Positions 28,570-43,100 of a stretch of DNA of 64,000 nt are shown here, piece after piece; position 1 is the stretch's first letter; every line of letters starts with the position of its first letter. The position numbers and the translations under genes are program-made. A model generated the notes under the pieces. It was not told the DNA's origin, did no database searches, and saw only the letters and a list, made by a program, of their open reading frames with translations. Source of the DNA: Eledone cirrhosa (Eukaryota); contig OZ024744.1 of the NCBI GenBank assembly GCA_964016885.1, forward strand, positions 31,434,001-31,498,000, read 5' to 3'.

Positions 28570-30900
28570 TCATGGCCAACTGAGATATTGCTGAACCCAG
28601 TATTATCTAATGTCCTATGTCATGACCAACTGAGACGTTGGTATACCCTGTACTAACGAATGTCCTCTGTCATGGCCAACTGAGACATTGGTAAACCCAG
28701 TATAAACTAATGTCCTATGTCATGACCAACTGAGACGTTGGTAAACCCAGTACTAACTAACGCCCTATGTCATGGCCAACTGAGACGTTGGTAAACCCAG
28801 TACTAACAAATATCATATATCATGACCAACTGAGACGTTGGTAAACCCAGTACTAACTAATGTCCTCTGTCATGGCCAACTGAGACATTCGTAAACCCAG
28901 TACTAACTAATGTCCTCTGTCATAGCCAACTGAGAGATTGGTAAACCCAGTACTAACTAATGTCCTCTGTCATGGCCAACTGAGACGTTGGTAAACCCAG
29001 TACTAACTAATGTCCTATGTCATGGTCAACTGAGACGTTGGTAAACCCAGTACTAACAAATGTCCTACGTCATGACCAACTGAGACGTTGGTAAACCCAG
29101 TACTAACTAATGTCCTATGTCATGACCAACTGAGACATTGGTAAACCCAGTACTAACTAATGTCCTATGTCATGGCCAACTGAGACGTTGGTAAACCCAG
29201 TACTAACTAATGTCCTCTGTCATGTCCAACTGAGACATTGGTAAACCCAGTACTAACTAATGTCCTATGTCATGACCAACTGAGACGATGGTAAACCCAG
29301 TACTAAATAATGTCCTCTGTCATGGCCAACTGAGACATTGGTAAACCCAGTTCTAACTAATGTCCTATGTCATGGCCAACTGAGACATTGGTAAACCCAG
29401 TACTATCTAATGTCCTATGTCATGGCCAACTGAGACGTTGGTAAACCCAGTACTAACTAATGTCCTCTGTCATGGCCAACTGAGAGATTGGTAAACCCAG
29501 TACTAACTAATGTCCTATGTCATGACCAACTGAGACATTGGTAAACCCTGTACTAACTAATGACCTATGTCATGGCCAACTGAGACGATGGTAAACCCAG
29601 TACTAACTAATGTCCTCTGTCATAGCCAACTGAGACGTGGGTAAACCAAGTACTAACAAATGTCCTACGTCATGACCAACTGAGACGTTGGTAAACCCAG
29701 TATTAACTAATGTCCTATGTCATGGCCAACTGAGACGATGGTAAACCCAGAACTAAATAATGTCCTCTGTCATGGCCAACTGAGACATTGGTAAACCCAG
29801 TTCTAACTAATGTCCTCTGTCATGGCCAACTGAGATATTGCTGAACCCAGTATTATCTAATGTCCTATGTCATGACCAACTGAGACGTTGGTATACCCTG
29901 TACTAACGAATGTCCTCTGTCATGGCCAACTGAGACATTGGTAAACCCAGTATAAACTAATGTCCTATGTCATGACCAACTGAGACGTTGGTAAACCCAG
30001 TACTAACTAACGCCCTATGTCATGGCCAACTGAGACGTTGGTAAACCCAGTACTAACAAATATCATATATCATGACCAACTGAGACGTTGGTAAACCCAG
30101 TACTAACTAATGTCCTCTGTCATGGCCAACTGAGACATTCGTAAACCCAGTACTAACTAATGTCCTCTGACATGGCCAACTGAGAGATTGGTAAACCCAG
30201 TACTAACTAATGTCCTCTGTCATGGCCAACTGAGACGTTGGTAAACCCAGTACTAACTAATGTCCTATGTCATGGTCAACTGAGACGTTGGTAAACCCAG
30301 TACTAACAAATGTCCTACGTCATGACCAACTGAGACGTTGGTAAACCCAGTACTAACTAATGTCCTATGTCATGACCAACTGAGACATTGGTAAACCCAG
30401 TACTAACTAATGTCCTATGTCATGGCCAACTGAGACGTTGGTAAACCCAGTACTAACTAATGTCCTCTGTCATGTCCAACTGAGACATTGGTAAACCCAG
30501 TACTAACTAATGTCCTATGTCATGACCAACTGAGACGATGGTAAACCCAGTACTAAATAATGTCCTCTGTCATGGCCAACTGAGACATTGGTAAACCCAG
30601 TTCTAACTAATGTCCTATGTCATGGCCAACTGAGACATTGGTAAACCCAGTACTATCTAATGTCCTATGTCATGGCCAACTGAGACGTTGGTAAACCCAG
30701 TACTAACTAATGTCCTCTGTCATGGCCAACTGAGAGATTGGTAAACCCAGTACTAACTAATGTCCTATGTCATGACCAACTGAGACATTGGTAAACCCTG
30801 TACTAACTAATGACCTATGTCATGGCCAACTGAGACGATGGTAAACCCAGTACTAACTAATGTCCTCTGTCATAGCCAACTGAGACGTGGGTAAACCAAG
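28570..30900 (+). repeat. Higher-order duplication, offset 1,250 bp (25 monomers)
   Basis: CATGTCCAAC at 29221 and 30471; TATCATATAT at 28811 and 30061; GTAAACCCTG at 29541 and 30791. Confidence 0.85.
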
Positions 30901-33900
30901 TAATAATTAATGTCCTCTGTCATGGCCAACTGAGACGTTGGTAAACCCAGTACTAACTAATGTCCTCTGTCATGGCCAACTGAGATATTGCTAAACCCAG
31001 TATTATCTAATGTCCTATGTCATGACCAACTGAGACGTTGGTAAATCGAATACTGACTAATGTCCTCTCTCATGGCGAACTGATATTTGGTAAACCCAGT
31101 ACTAACTAATGTTCTCTGTCATGGCCAACTGAGACGTTGGTAAACCCAGTATTAACTAATGTCCTATGTCATGGCCAACTGAGACGATGGTAAACCCAGA
31201 ACTAAATAATGTCCTCTGTCATGGCCAACTGAGACATTGGTAAACCCAGTTCTAACTAATGTCCTATGTCATGGCCAACTGAGACATTGGTAAACCCAGT
31301 ACTATCTAATGTCTTATGTCATGGCCAACTGAGACGTTGGTAAACCCAGTACTAACTAATGTCCTCTGTCATGGCCAACTGAGAGATTGGTAAACCCAGT
31401 ACTAACTAATGTCCTATGTCATGACCAACTGAGAGATTGGTAAACCCAGTACTAACTAATGTCCTATGTCATGACCAACTGAGACATTGGTAAACCCAGT
31501 ACTAACTAATCTCCTATGTCATGGCCAACTGAGACGTTGGTAAACCCAGTACTAACTGATGTCCTCTGTCATAGCCAACTGAGACGTAGGTAAACCCAGT
31601 ACTAACTAATGTCCTCTGTCATGGCCAACTGAGACGTTGGTAAACCCAGTACTAACTAATGTCCTCTGTCATGGCCAACTGAGATATTGATAAACCCAGT
31701 ATTATCTAATGTCCTATGTCATGACCAACTGAGACGTAGGTAAACCCAGTACTAACTAATGTCCTCTGTCATGGCCAACTGAGACGTAGGTAAACCCAGT
31801 ACTAACTAATGTCCTATGTCATGGCCAACTGAGACGTTGGGAGACCCAGTATTAACTAATGTCCTATGTCATGACCAACTGAGACATTGGTAAACCCAGT
31901 ACTATCTAATGTCCTATGTCATGGCCAACTGAGACGTTGGTAAACCCAGTACTAACTAATGTCTTATGTCATGGCCAACTGAGACATTGGTAAACCTAGT
32001 ACTAACTAATGTCCTCTGTCATGGCCAACCGAGACGGTGGTAAACCCAGTTCTAACTATTGTCCTCTGTCATGGTCAACGGAGACGTTGGTAAACCCAGT
32101 ACTAACTAATGTCCTATGTCATGACCAACTGAGACATTGGTAAACCCAGTACTAACTAATGTCCTATGTCATGACCAACTGAGACGCAGGTAAATCCAGT
32201 ACTAACTAATGACCTATGTCATGACCAACTGAGACATTGGTAAACCCAGTATTAACTAATGTCTTATGTCATGGCCAACTGAGACGTTGGTAAACCCAGT
32301 ACTAACTAATGTCCTCTGTCATGGCCAACTGAGATATTGCTAAACCCAGTATTATCTAATGTCCTATGTCATGACCAACTGAGACGTTGGTATACCCAGT
32401 ACTAACGAATGTCCTCTGTCATGGCCAACTGAGACATTGGTAAACCCAGTATAAACTAATGTCCTATGTCATGACCAACTGAGACGTTGGTAAACCCAGT
32501 ACTAACTAACGCCCTATGTCATGGCCAACTGAGACGTTGGTAAACCCAGTACTAACTATTGTCCTCTGTCATGGCCAACTGAGACGTTGGTAAACACAGT
32601 ACTAACTAATGTCTTATGTCATGGCCAACTGAGATGTTGGTAAACCCAGTACTAACTAATGTCCTCTGTCATGGCCAACTGAGACATTGGTAAACCCAGT
32701 ACTAACTAATGTCCTCTGTCATGGCCAACTGAGAGATTGGTAAACCCAGTACTAACTAATGTCCTATGTCATGACCAACTGAGACATTGGTAAACCCAGT
32801 ACTAACTAATGTCCTATGTCATGGCCAACTGAGACGTTGGTAAACCCAGAACTAACTAATGTCCTCTGTCATAGCCAACTGAGACGTGGGTAAACCCAAT
32901 AATAACTAATGTCCTCTGTCATGGCCAACTGAGACGTTGGTAAACCCAGTACTAACTAATGTCCTACGTCATGACCAACTGAGACGTTGGTAAACCCAGT
33001 ACTAACTAATGTCCTATGTCATGACCAACTGAGACATTGGTAAACCCAGTACTAACTAATGTCCTATGTCATGGCCAACTGAGACGTTGGTAAACCCAGT
33101 ACTAACTAATGTCCTCTGTCATGGCCAACTGAGACATTGGTAAACCCAGTACTAACTAATGTCCTATGTCATGACCAACTGAGACGATGGTAAACCCAGT
33201 ACTAAATAATGTCCTCTGTCATGGCCAACTGAGACATTGGTAAACCCAGTTCTAACTAATGTCCTATGTCATGGCCAACTGAGACATTGGTAAACCCAGT
33301 ACTATCTAATGTCCTATGTCATGGCCAACTGAGACGTTGGTAAACCCAGTACTAACTAATGTCCTCTGTCATGGCCAACTGAGAGATTGGTAAACCCAGT
33401 ACTAACTAATGTCCTATGTCATGACCAACTGAGACATTGGTAAACCCTGTACTAACTAATGACCTATGTCATGGCCAACTGAGACGATGGTAAACCCAGT
33501 ACTAACTAATGTCCTCTGTCATAGCCAACTGAGACGTGGGTAAACCAAGTAATAACTAATGTCCTCTGTCATGGCCAACTGAGACGTTGGTAAACCCAGT
33601 ACTAACTAATGTCCTCTGTCATGGCCAACTGAGATATTGCTAAACCCAGTATTATCTAATGTCCTATGTCATGACCAACTGAGACGTTGGTAAATCGAAT
33701 ACTGACTATTGTCCTCTCTCATGGCGAACTGATATTTGGTAAACCCAGTACTAACTAATGTTCTCTGTCATGGCCAACTGAGACGTTGGTAAACCCAGTA
33801 TTAACTAATGTCCTATGTCATGGCCAACTGAGACGATGGTAAACCCAGAACTAAATAATGTCCTCTGTCATGGCCAACTGAGACATTGGTAAACCCAGTT

Positions 33901-34549
33901 CTAACTAATGTCCTATGTCATGGCCAACTGAGACATTGGTAAACCCAGTACTATCTAATGTCTTATGTCATGGCCAACTGAGACGTTGGTAAACCCAGTA
34001 CTAACTAATGTCCTCTGTCATGGCCAACTGAGAGATTGGTAAACCCAGTACTAACTAATGTCCTATGTCATGACCAACTGAGAGATTGGTAAACCCAGTA
34101 CTAACTAATGTCCTATGTCATGACCAACTGAGACATTGGTAAACCCAGTACTAACTAATCTCCTATGTCATGGCCAACTGAGACGTTGGTAAACCCAGTA
34201 CTAACTGATGTCCTCTGTCATAGCCAACTGAGACGTAGGTAAACCCAGTACTAACTAATGTCCTCTGTCATGGCCAACTGAGACGTTGGTAAACCCAGTA
34301 CTAACTAATGTCCTCTGTCATGGCCAACTGAGATATTGATAAACCCAGTATTATCTAATGTCCTATGTCATGGCCAACTGAGACGTAGGTAAACCCAGTA
34401 CTAACTAATGTCCTATGTCATGGCCAACTGAGACGTTGGGAAACCCAGTATTAACTAATGTCCTATGTCATGACCAACTGAGACATTGGTAAACCCAGTA
34501 CTATCTAATGTCCTATGTCATGGCCAACTGAGACGTTGGTAAACCCAGT

Positions 34550-37500
34550 ACTAACTAATGTCTTATGTCATGGCCAACTGAGACATTGGTAAACCTAGTA
34601 CTAACTAATGTCCTCTGTCATGGCCAACCGAGACGGTGGTAAACCCAGTTCTAACTATTGTCCTCTGTCATGGTCAACGGAGACGTTGGTAAACCCAGTA
34701 CTAACTAATGTCCTATGTCATGACCAACTGAGACATTGGTAAACCCAGTACTAACTAATGTCCTATGTCATGACCAAGTGAGACGTAGGTAAATCCAGTA
34801 CTAACTAATGACCTATGTCATGACCAACTGAGACATTGGTAAACCCAGTACTAACTAATGTCCTATGTCATGACCAACTGAGACGTTGGTAAACCCAGTA
34901 TTAACTAATGTCCTATGTCATGGCCAACTGAGACGTTGGTAAACCCAGTACTAACTAATCTCCTATGTCATGGCCAACTGAGACGTTAGTAAACCCAGTA
35001 TTAACTAATGTCCTATGTCATGGCCAACTGAGACATTGGTAAACACAGTACTAACTAATGTCGTATGTCATGGCCAACTGAGACATTGGTAAACCCAGTA
35101 CTAACTAATGTCCTATGTCATGGCCAATTGAGACGTTGGTAAACACAGTACTAACTAATGTACTCTCTCCTGGCCAAATGAGACGTTGGTAAACCCAGTA
35201 CTAACTAATGTCCTATGTCATGACCAACTGAGATATTGCTAAACCCAGTACTAATTAATGTCCTATGTCATGGCCAACTGAGAGATTGGTAAAGCCAGTA
35301 CTAACTAATGTCCTATGTCATGGACAAATGAGACGTAGGTAAATCCAGTACTAACTAATGTCCTATGTCATGACCAACTGAGATATTGCTAAACCCAGTA
35401 CTAAATAATGTCCTCTGTCATAGCCAACTGAGACATTCGTAAACCCAGTACTAACTAATGTCCTCTGTCATGGCCAACTGAGACATTGGTAAACCCAGTA
35501 CTAACTAATGTCCTATGTCACGGCCAACTGAGACGTTGGTAAACCCAGTACTAACTAATGTCCTCTGTCATAGCCAACTGAGACGTAGGTAAACCCAGTA
35601 CTAACTAATGTCCTCTGTCATGGCCAACTGAGACGTTGGTAAACCCAGTACTAACTAATGTCCTCTGTCATGGCCAACTGAGATATTGCTAAACCCAGTA
35701 TTATCTAATGTCCTATGTCATGACCAACTGAGACGTTGGTATACCCAGTACTAACGAATGTCCTCTGTCATGGCCAACTGAGACATTGGTAAACCCAGTA
35801 TAAAATAATGTCCTATGCCATGACCAACTGAGACGTTGGTAAACCCAGTACTAACTAACGCCCTATGTCATGGCCAACTGAGACGTTGGTAAACCCAGTA
35901 CTAACTATTGTCCTCTGTCATGGCCAACTGAGACGTTGGTAAACACAGTACTAACTAATGTCTTATGTCATGGCCAACTGAGATGTTGGTAAACCCAGTA
36001 CTAACTAATGTCCTCTGTCATGGCCAACTGAGACATTGGTAAACCCAGTACTAACTAATGTCCTCTGTCATGGCCAACTGAGACGTTGGTAAACCCAGTA
36101 CTAACTAATGTCCTATGTCATGGCCAACTGAGACGTTGGTAAACCCAGTACTAACAAATGTCCTACGTCATGACCAACTGAGACGTTGGTAAACCCAGTA
36201 CTAACTAATGTCCTATGTCATGACCAACTGAGACATTGGTAAACCCAGTACTAACTAATGTCCTATATCATGGCCAACTGAGACGTTGGTAAACCCAGTA
36301 CTAACTAATGTCCTATGTCATGGCCAACTGAGACGTTGGTAAACCCAGTACTAACTAATGTCCTCTGTCATGGCCAACTGAGACATTGGTAAACCCAGTA
36401 CGAACTAATGTCCTATGTCATGACCAACTGAGACATTGGTAAAACCAGTACTAACTAATCTCCTATGTCATGGCCAACTGAGACGCTGGTAAATCCAGTC
36501 CTAACTAATGTCCTCTCTCATGGCCTACTGAGACGTTGGTTAACCCAGTACTAACTAATGTTCTCTGTCATGGCCAACTGAGACGTAGGTAAACCCAGTA
36601 CAAACTAATGTCCTCTGTCATGGCCAACTGAGAGATTGGTAAACCCAGTACTAACTAATGTCCTATGTCATGGCCAACTGAGAGATTGGTAAAGCCAGTA
36701 CTAACTAATGTCCTATGTCATGGACAAATGAGACGTAGGTAAATCCAGTACTAACTAATGTCCTCTGTCATGGCCAACTGAGACATTCGTAAACCCTGTA
36801 CTAACTAATGTCCTCTGTCATGGCCAACTGAGTCATTGGTAAACCCAGTAATAACTAATGTCCTATGTCATGGCCAACTGAGACGATGGTAAACCCAGTA
36901 CTAACTAATGTCCTCTGTCATGGCCAACTGAGACATTCGTAAACCCAGTACTAACTAATGTCCTCTGTCATGGCCAACTGAGTCATTGGTAAACCCAGTA
37001 ATAACTAATGTCCTATGTCATGGCCAACTGAGACGATGGTAAACCCAGTACTAAATAATGTCCTCTGTCATAGCCAACTGAGACATTCGTAAACCCAGTA
37101 CTAACTAATGTCCTCTGTCATGGCCAACTGAGAGATTGGTAAACCCAGTACTAACTAATGTCCTATGTCATGGCCAACTGAGACATTGGTAAGCCCAGTA
37201 TAAACTAATGTCCTATGTCATGACCAGCTGAGACGTTGGTAAACCCAGTACTAACTAACGCCCTATGTCATGGCCAACTGAGACGTTGGTAAACCCAGTA
37301 CTAACTAATGTCCTCTGTCATGGCCAACTGAGACGTTGGTAAACACAGTACTAACTAATGTCTTATGTCATGGCCAACTGAGACATTGGTAAACCTAGTA
37401 CTAACTAATGTCCTCTGTCATGGCCAACCGAGACGGTGGTAAACCCAGTTCTAACTATTGTCCTCTGTCATGGTCAACGGAGACGTTGGTAAACCCAGTA

Positions 37501-40180
37501 CTAACTAATGTCCTATGTCATGACCAACTGAGACATTGGTAAACCCAGTACTAACTAATGTCCTATGTCATGACCAAGTGAGACGTAGGTAAATCCAGTA
37601 CTAACTAATGACCTATGTCATGACCAACTGAGACATTGGTAAACCCAGTACTAACTAATGTCCTATGTCATGACCAACTGAGACGTTGGTAAACCCAGTA
37701 TTAACTAATGTCCTATGTCATGGCCAACTGAGACGTTGGTAAACCCAGTACTAACTAATCTCCTATGTCATGGCCAACTGAGACGTTAGTAAACCCAGTA
37801 TTAACTAATGTCCTATGTCATGGCCAACTGAGACATTGGTAAACACAGTACTAACTAATGTCGTATGTCATGGCCAACTGAGACATTGGTAAACCCAGTA
37901 CTAACTAATGTCCTATGTCATGGCCAATTGAGACGTTGGTAAACACAGTACTAACTAATGTACTCTCTCCTGGCCAAATGAGACGTTGGTAAACCCAGTA
38001 CTAACTAATGTCCTATGTCATGACCAACTGAGATATTGCTAAACCCAGTACTAATTAATGTCCTATGTCATGGCCAACTGAGAGATTGGTAAAGCCAGTA
38101 CTAACTAATGTCCTATGTCATGGACAAATGAGACGTAGGTAAATCCAGTACTAACTAATGTCCTATGTCATGACCAACTGAGATATTGCTAAACCCAGTA
38201 CTAAATAATGTCCTCTGTCATAGCCAACTGAGACATTCGTAAACCCAGTACTAACTAATGTCCTCTGTCATGGCCAACTGAGACATTGGTAAACCCAGTA
38301 CTAACTAATGTCCTATGTCACGGCCAACTGAGACGTTGGTAAACCCAGTACTAACTAATGTCCTCTGTCATAGCCAACTGAGACGTAGGTAAACCCAGTA
38401 CTAACTAATGTCCTCTGTCATGGCCAACTGAGACGTTGGTAAACCCAGTACTAACTAATGTCCTCTGTCATGGCCAACTGAGATATTGCTAAACCCAGTA
38501 TTATCTAATGTCCTATGTCATGACCAACTGAGACGTTGGTATACCCAGTACTAACGAATGTCCTCTGTCATGGCCAACTGAGACATTGGTAAACCCAGTA
38601 TAAAATAATGTCCTATGCCATGACCAACTGAGACGTTGGTAAACCCAGTACTAACTAACGCCCTATGTCATGGCCAACTGAGACGTTGGTAAACCCAGTA
38701 CTAACTATTGTCCTCTGTCATGGCCAACTGAGACGTTGGTAAACACAGTACTAACTAATGTCTTATGTCATGGCCAACTGAGATGTTGGTAAACCCAGTA
38801 CTAACTAATGTCCTCTGTCATGGCCAACTGAGACATTGGTAAACCCAGTACTAACTAATGTCCTCTGTCATGGCCAACTGAGACGTTGGTAAACCCAGTA
38901 CTAACTAATGTCCTATGTCATGGCCAACTGAGACGTTGGTAAACCCAGTACTAACAAATGTCCTACGTCATGACCAACTGAGACGTTGGTAAACCCAGTA
39001 CTAACTAATGTCCTATGTCATGACCAACTGAGACATTGGTAAACCCAGTACTAACTAATGTCCTATATCATGGCCAACTGAGACGTTGGTAAACCCAGTA
39101 CTAACTAATGTCCTATGTCATGGCCAACTGAGACGTTGGTAAACCCAGTACTAACTAATGTCCTCTGTCATGGCCAACTGAGACATTGGTAAACCCAGTA
39201 CGAACTAATGTCCTATGTCATGACCAACTGAGACATTGGTAAAACCAGTACTAACTAATCTCCTATGTCATGGCCAACTGAGACGCTGGTAAATCCAGTC
39301 CTAACTAATGTCCTCTCTCATGGCCTACTGAGACGTTGGTTAACCCAGTACTAACTAATGTTCTCTGTCATGGCCAACTGAGACGTAGGTAAACCCAGTA
39401 CAAACTAATGTCCTCTGTCATGGCCAACTGAGAGATTGGTAAACCCAGTACTAACTAATGTCCTATGTCATGGCCAACTGAGAGATTGGTAAAGCCAGTA
39501 CTAACTAATGTCCTATGTCATGGACAAATGAGACGTAGGTAAATCCAGTACTAACTAATGTCCTCTGTCATGGCCAACTGAGACATTCGTAAACCCTGTA
39601 CTAACTAATGTCCTCTGTCATGGCCAACTGAGTCATTGGTAAACCCAGTAATAACTAATGTCCTATGTCATGGCCAACTGAGACGATGGTAAACCCAGTA
39701 CTAACTAATGTCCTCTGTCATGGCCAACTGAGACATTCGTAAACCCAGTACTAACTAATGTCCTCTGTCATGGCCAACTGAGTCATTGGTAAACCCAGTA
39801 ATAACTAATGTCCTATGTCATGGCCAACTGAGACGATGGTAAACCCAGTACTAAATAATGTCCTCTGTCATAGCCAACTGAGACATTCGTAAACCCAGTA
39901 CTAACTAATGTCCTCTGTCATGGCCAACTGAGAGATTGGTAAACCCAGTACTAACTAATGTCCTATGTCATGGCCAACTGAGACATTGGTAAGCCCAGTA
40001 TAAACTAATGTCCTATGTCATGACCAGCTGAGACGTTGGTAAACCCAGTACTAACTAACGCCCTATGTCATGGCCAACTGAGACGTTGGTAAACCCAGTA
40101 CTAACTAATGTCCTCTGTCATGGCCAACTGAGACGTTGGTAAACACAGTACTAACTAATGTCTTATGTCATGGCCAACTG
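34550..40180 (+). repeat. Tandem higher-order duplication, period 2,800 bp (56 monomers), 2 apparently identical copies
   Basis: TGACCAAGTG at 34771 and 37571; TGGCCTACTG at 36521 and 39321; CGGCCAACTG at 35521 and 38321; TGACCAGCTG at 37221 and 40021. Confidence 0.92.
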
Positions 40181-40199
40181 AGATGTTGGTAAACCGAGG

Positions 40200-43100
40200 C
40201 CTAACTAATGTCCTCTGTCATGGCCAACTGAGACATTGGTAAAGCCAGTACTAACTAATGTCCTCTGTCATGGCCAACTGAGACGTTGGTAAACCCAGTA
40301 CTAACTAATGTCCTATGTCATGGCCAACTGAGACGTTGGTAAACCCAGTACTAACAAATGTCCTACGTCATGACCAACTGAGACGTTGGTAAACCCAGTA
40401 CTAACTAATGTCCTATGTCATGACCAACTGAGACATTGGTAAACCCAGTACAAACTAATGTCCTATGTCATGGCCAACTGAGACGTTGGTAAACCCAGTA
40501 CTAACTAATGTCCTCTGTCATGGCCAACTGAGACATTGGTAAACCCAGTACTAACTAATGTCCTATGTCATGACCAACTGAGACATTGGTAAACCCAGTA
40601 CTAACTAATGTCCTATGTCATGGCCAACTGAGACGCTGGTAAATCCAGTACTAACTAATGTCCTCTCTCATGGCCAACTGAGACGTTGGTAAACCCAGTA
40701 CTAACTAATATTCTCTGTCATGGCCAACTGAGACGTAGGTAAACCCAGTACAAACTAATGTCCTCTGTCATGGCCAACTCAGACGTTGGTAAACCCAGTT
40801 TTAACTAATGTCCTATGTCATGGCCAACTGACACGATGGTAAACCCAGTACTAAATAATGTTCTCTGTCATGGCCAACTGAGACATTGGTAAACCCAGTA
40901 CTATCTAATGTCCTATGTCATGGCCAACTGAGACATTTGTAAACCCAGTACTAACTAATGTCCTATGTCATGGCCAACTGAGACGTTGGTAAACCCAGTA
41001 CTAATTAATGTCCTCTCTCATGGCCAACTGAGACGTTGGTAAACCCAGTACTAACTAATGTCCTCTGTCATGGCCAACTGAGACGTTGGTAAACCCAGTA
41101 CTAACTAATGTCCTCTGTCATGGCCAACTGAGATATTGCTAAACCCAGTATTATCTAATGTCCTATGCCATGACCAACTGAGACGTTGGTATACCCAGTA
41201 CTAACGAATGTCCTCTGTCATGGCCAACTGAGACATTGGTAAACCCAGTATAAACAAATGTACTATGTCATGACCAACTGAGACGTAGGTAAGTCCAGTA
41301 CTAACTAACGTCCTATGTCATGGTCAACTGAGACGTTGGTAAACCCAGTACTAACTAATGTCCGCTGTGATTGCCAACTGAGACGTTGGTAAACACAGTA
41401 CTAACTAATGTCCTATGTCATGGCCAACTGAGATGTTGTTAAATCCAGTACTATCTAATATCCTCTGTCATGGCCAACTGAGACATTGGTAAACCCAGTC
41501 CTAACTAATGGCCTCTGTCATGGCCAACTGAGACGTTGGTAAACCCAGTACTAACTAATGTCCTATGTCATGGCCAACTGAGACGTTGGTAAACCCAGAA
41601 CTAACAAATGTCCTATGTCATGACCAACTGAGACGTTGGTATACCCAGTACTAACTAATGTCCTCTGTCATGGCCAACTGAGAGATTGGTAAACCCAGTA
41701 CTAACTGATGTCCTATGTCATGACCAACTGAGACATTGGTAAACCCAGTACTAACTAATGTCCTATGTCATGGCCAACTGAGACGTTGGTAAACCCAGTA
41801 CTAACTAATGTCCTCTGTCATGGCCAACTGAGACATTGGTAAACCCAGTACTAACTAATGTCCTAGGTCATGACCAACTGAGACATTGATAAACCCAGTA
41901 CTAACTAATATCCTATGTCATGACCAACTGAGACATTGGTAAACCCAGTACTAACAAATGTCCTATGTCATGGCCAACTGAGACGTTGGTAAACCAGTAC
42001 TAACTAATGTCCTCTGTCATAGCCAACTGAGACGTAGGTAAAACCATTACTAACTAATGTCCTCTGTCATGGCCAACTGAAACGTTGATAAACCCAGTAC
42101 TAACTAATGCCCTCTGTCATGGCCAACTGATGTATTGCTAAACCCAGTATTATCTAATGTCCTATGTCATGACCAACTGAGACGTTGGTATACCCAGTAC
42201 TAACGAATGTCCCCTGTCATGGCCAACTGAGACATTGGTAAACCCAGTATAAACTAATGTCCTATGTCATGGCCAACTGAGACGTTGGTAAACCCAGTAC
42301 TAACAAATGTCCTACGTCATGACCAACTGAGACGTTGGTAAACCCAGTACTAGCTAATGTCGTATGTCATGACCAACTGAGACATTGGTAAACCCAGTAC
42401 TAACTAATGTCCTATGTCATGGCCAACTGAGACGTTGGTAAACCCAGTACTAACTAATGTCCTCTGTCATGGCCAACTGAGACATTGGTAAACCCAGTAC
42501 TAACTAATGTCCTATATCATGACCAACTGAGACATTGGTAAACCCAGTACTAACTAATGTCCTATGTCATGGCCAACTGAGACGCTGGTAAATCCAGTAC
42601 TAACTAATGTCCTCTCTCATGGCCAACTGAGACGTTGGGAAACCCAGTACTAACTAATATTCTCTGTCATGGCCAACTGAGACGTAGGTAAACCCAGTAC
42701 AAACTAATGTCCTCTGTCATGGCCAACTGAGACGTTGGTAAACCCAGTTTTAACTAATGTCCTATGTCATGGCCAACTGACACGATGGTAAACCCAGTAC
42801 TAAATAATGTTCTCTGTCATGGCCAACTGAGACATTGGTAAACCCAGTTCTAACTAATGTCCTATGTCATGGCCAACTGAGACGTTGGTAAACCCAGTAC
42901 TATCTAATGTCCTATGTCATGGCCAACTGAGACGTTGGTAAACCCAGTACTAAATAATGTCCTCTGTCATGGCCAACTGAGAGATTGGTAAACCCAGTAC
43001 TAACTAATGTCCTATGTCATGACCAACTGAGAGATTGGTAAACCCAGTACTAACTAATGTCCTATGTCATGGCCAACTGAGACGTTGGTAAACCCAGTAC

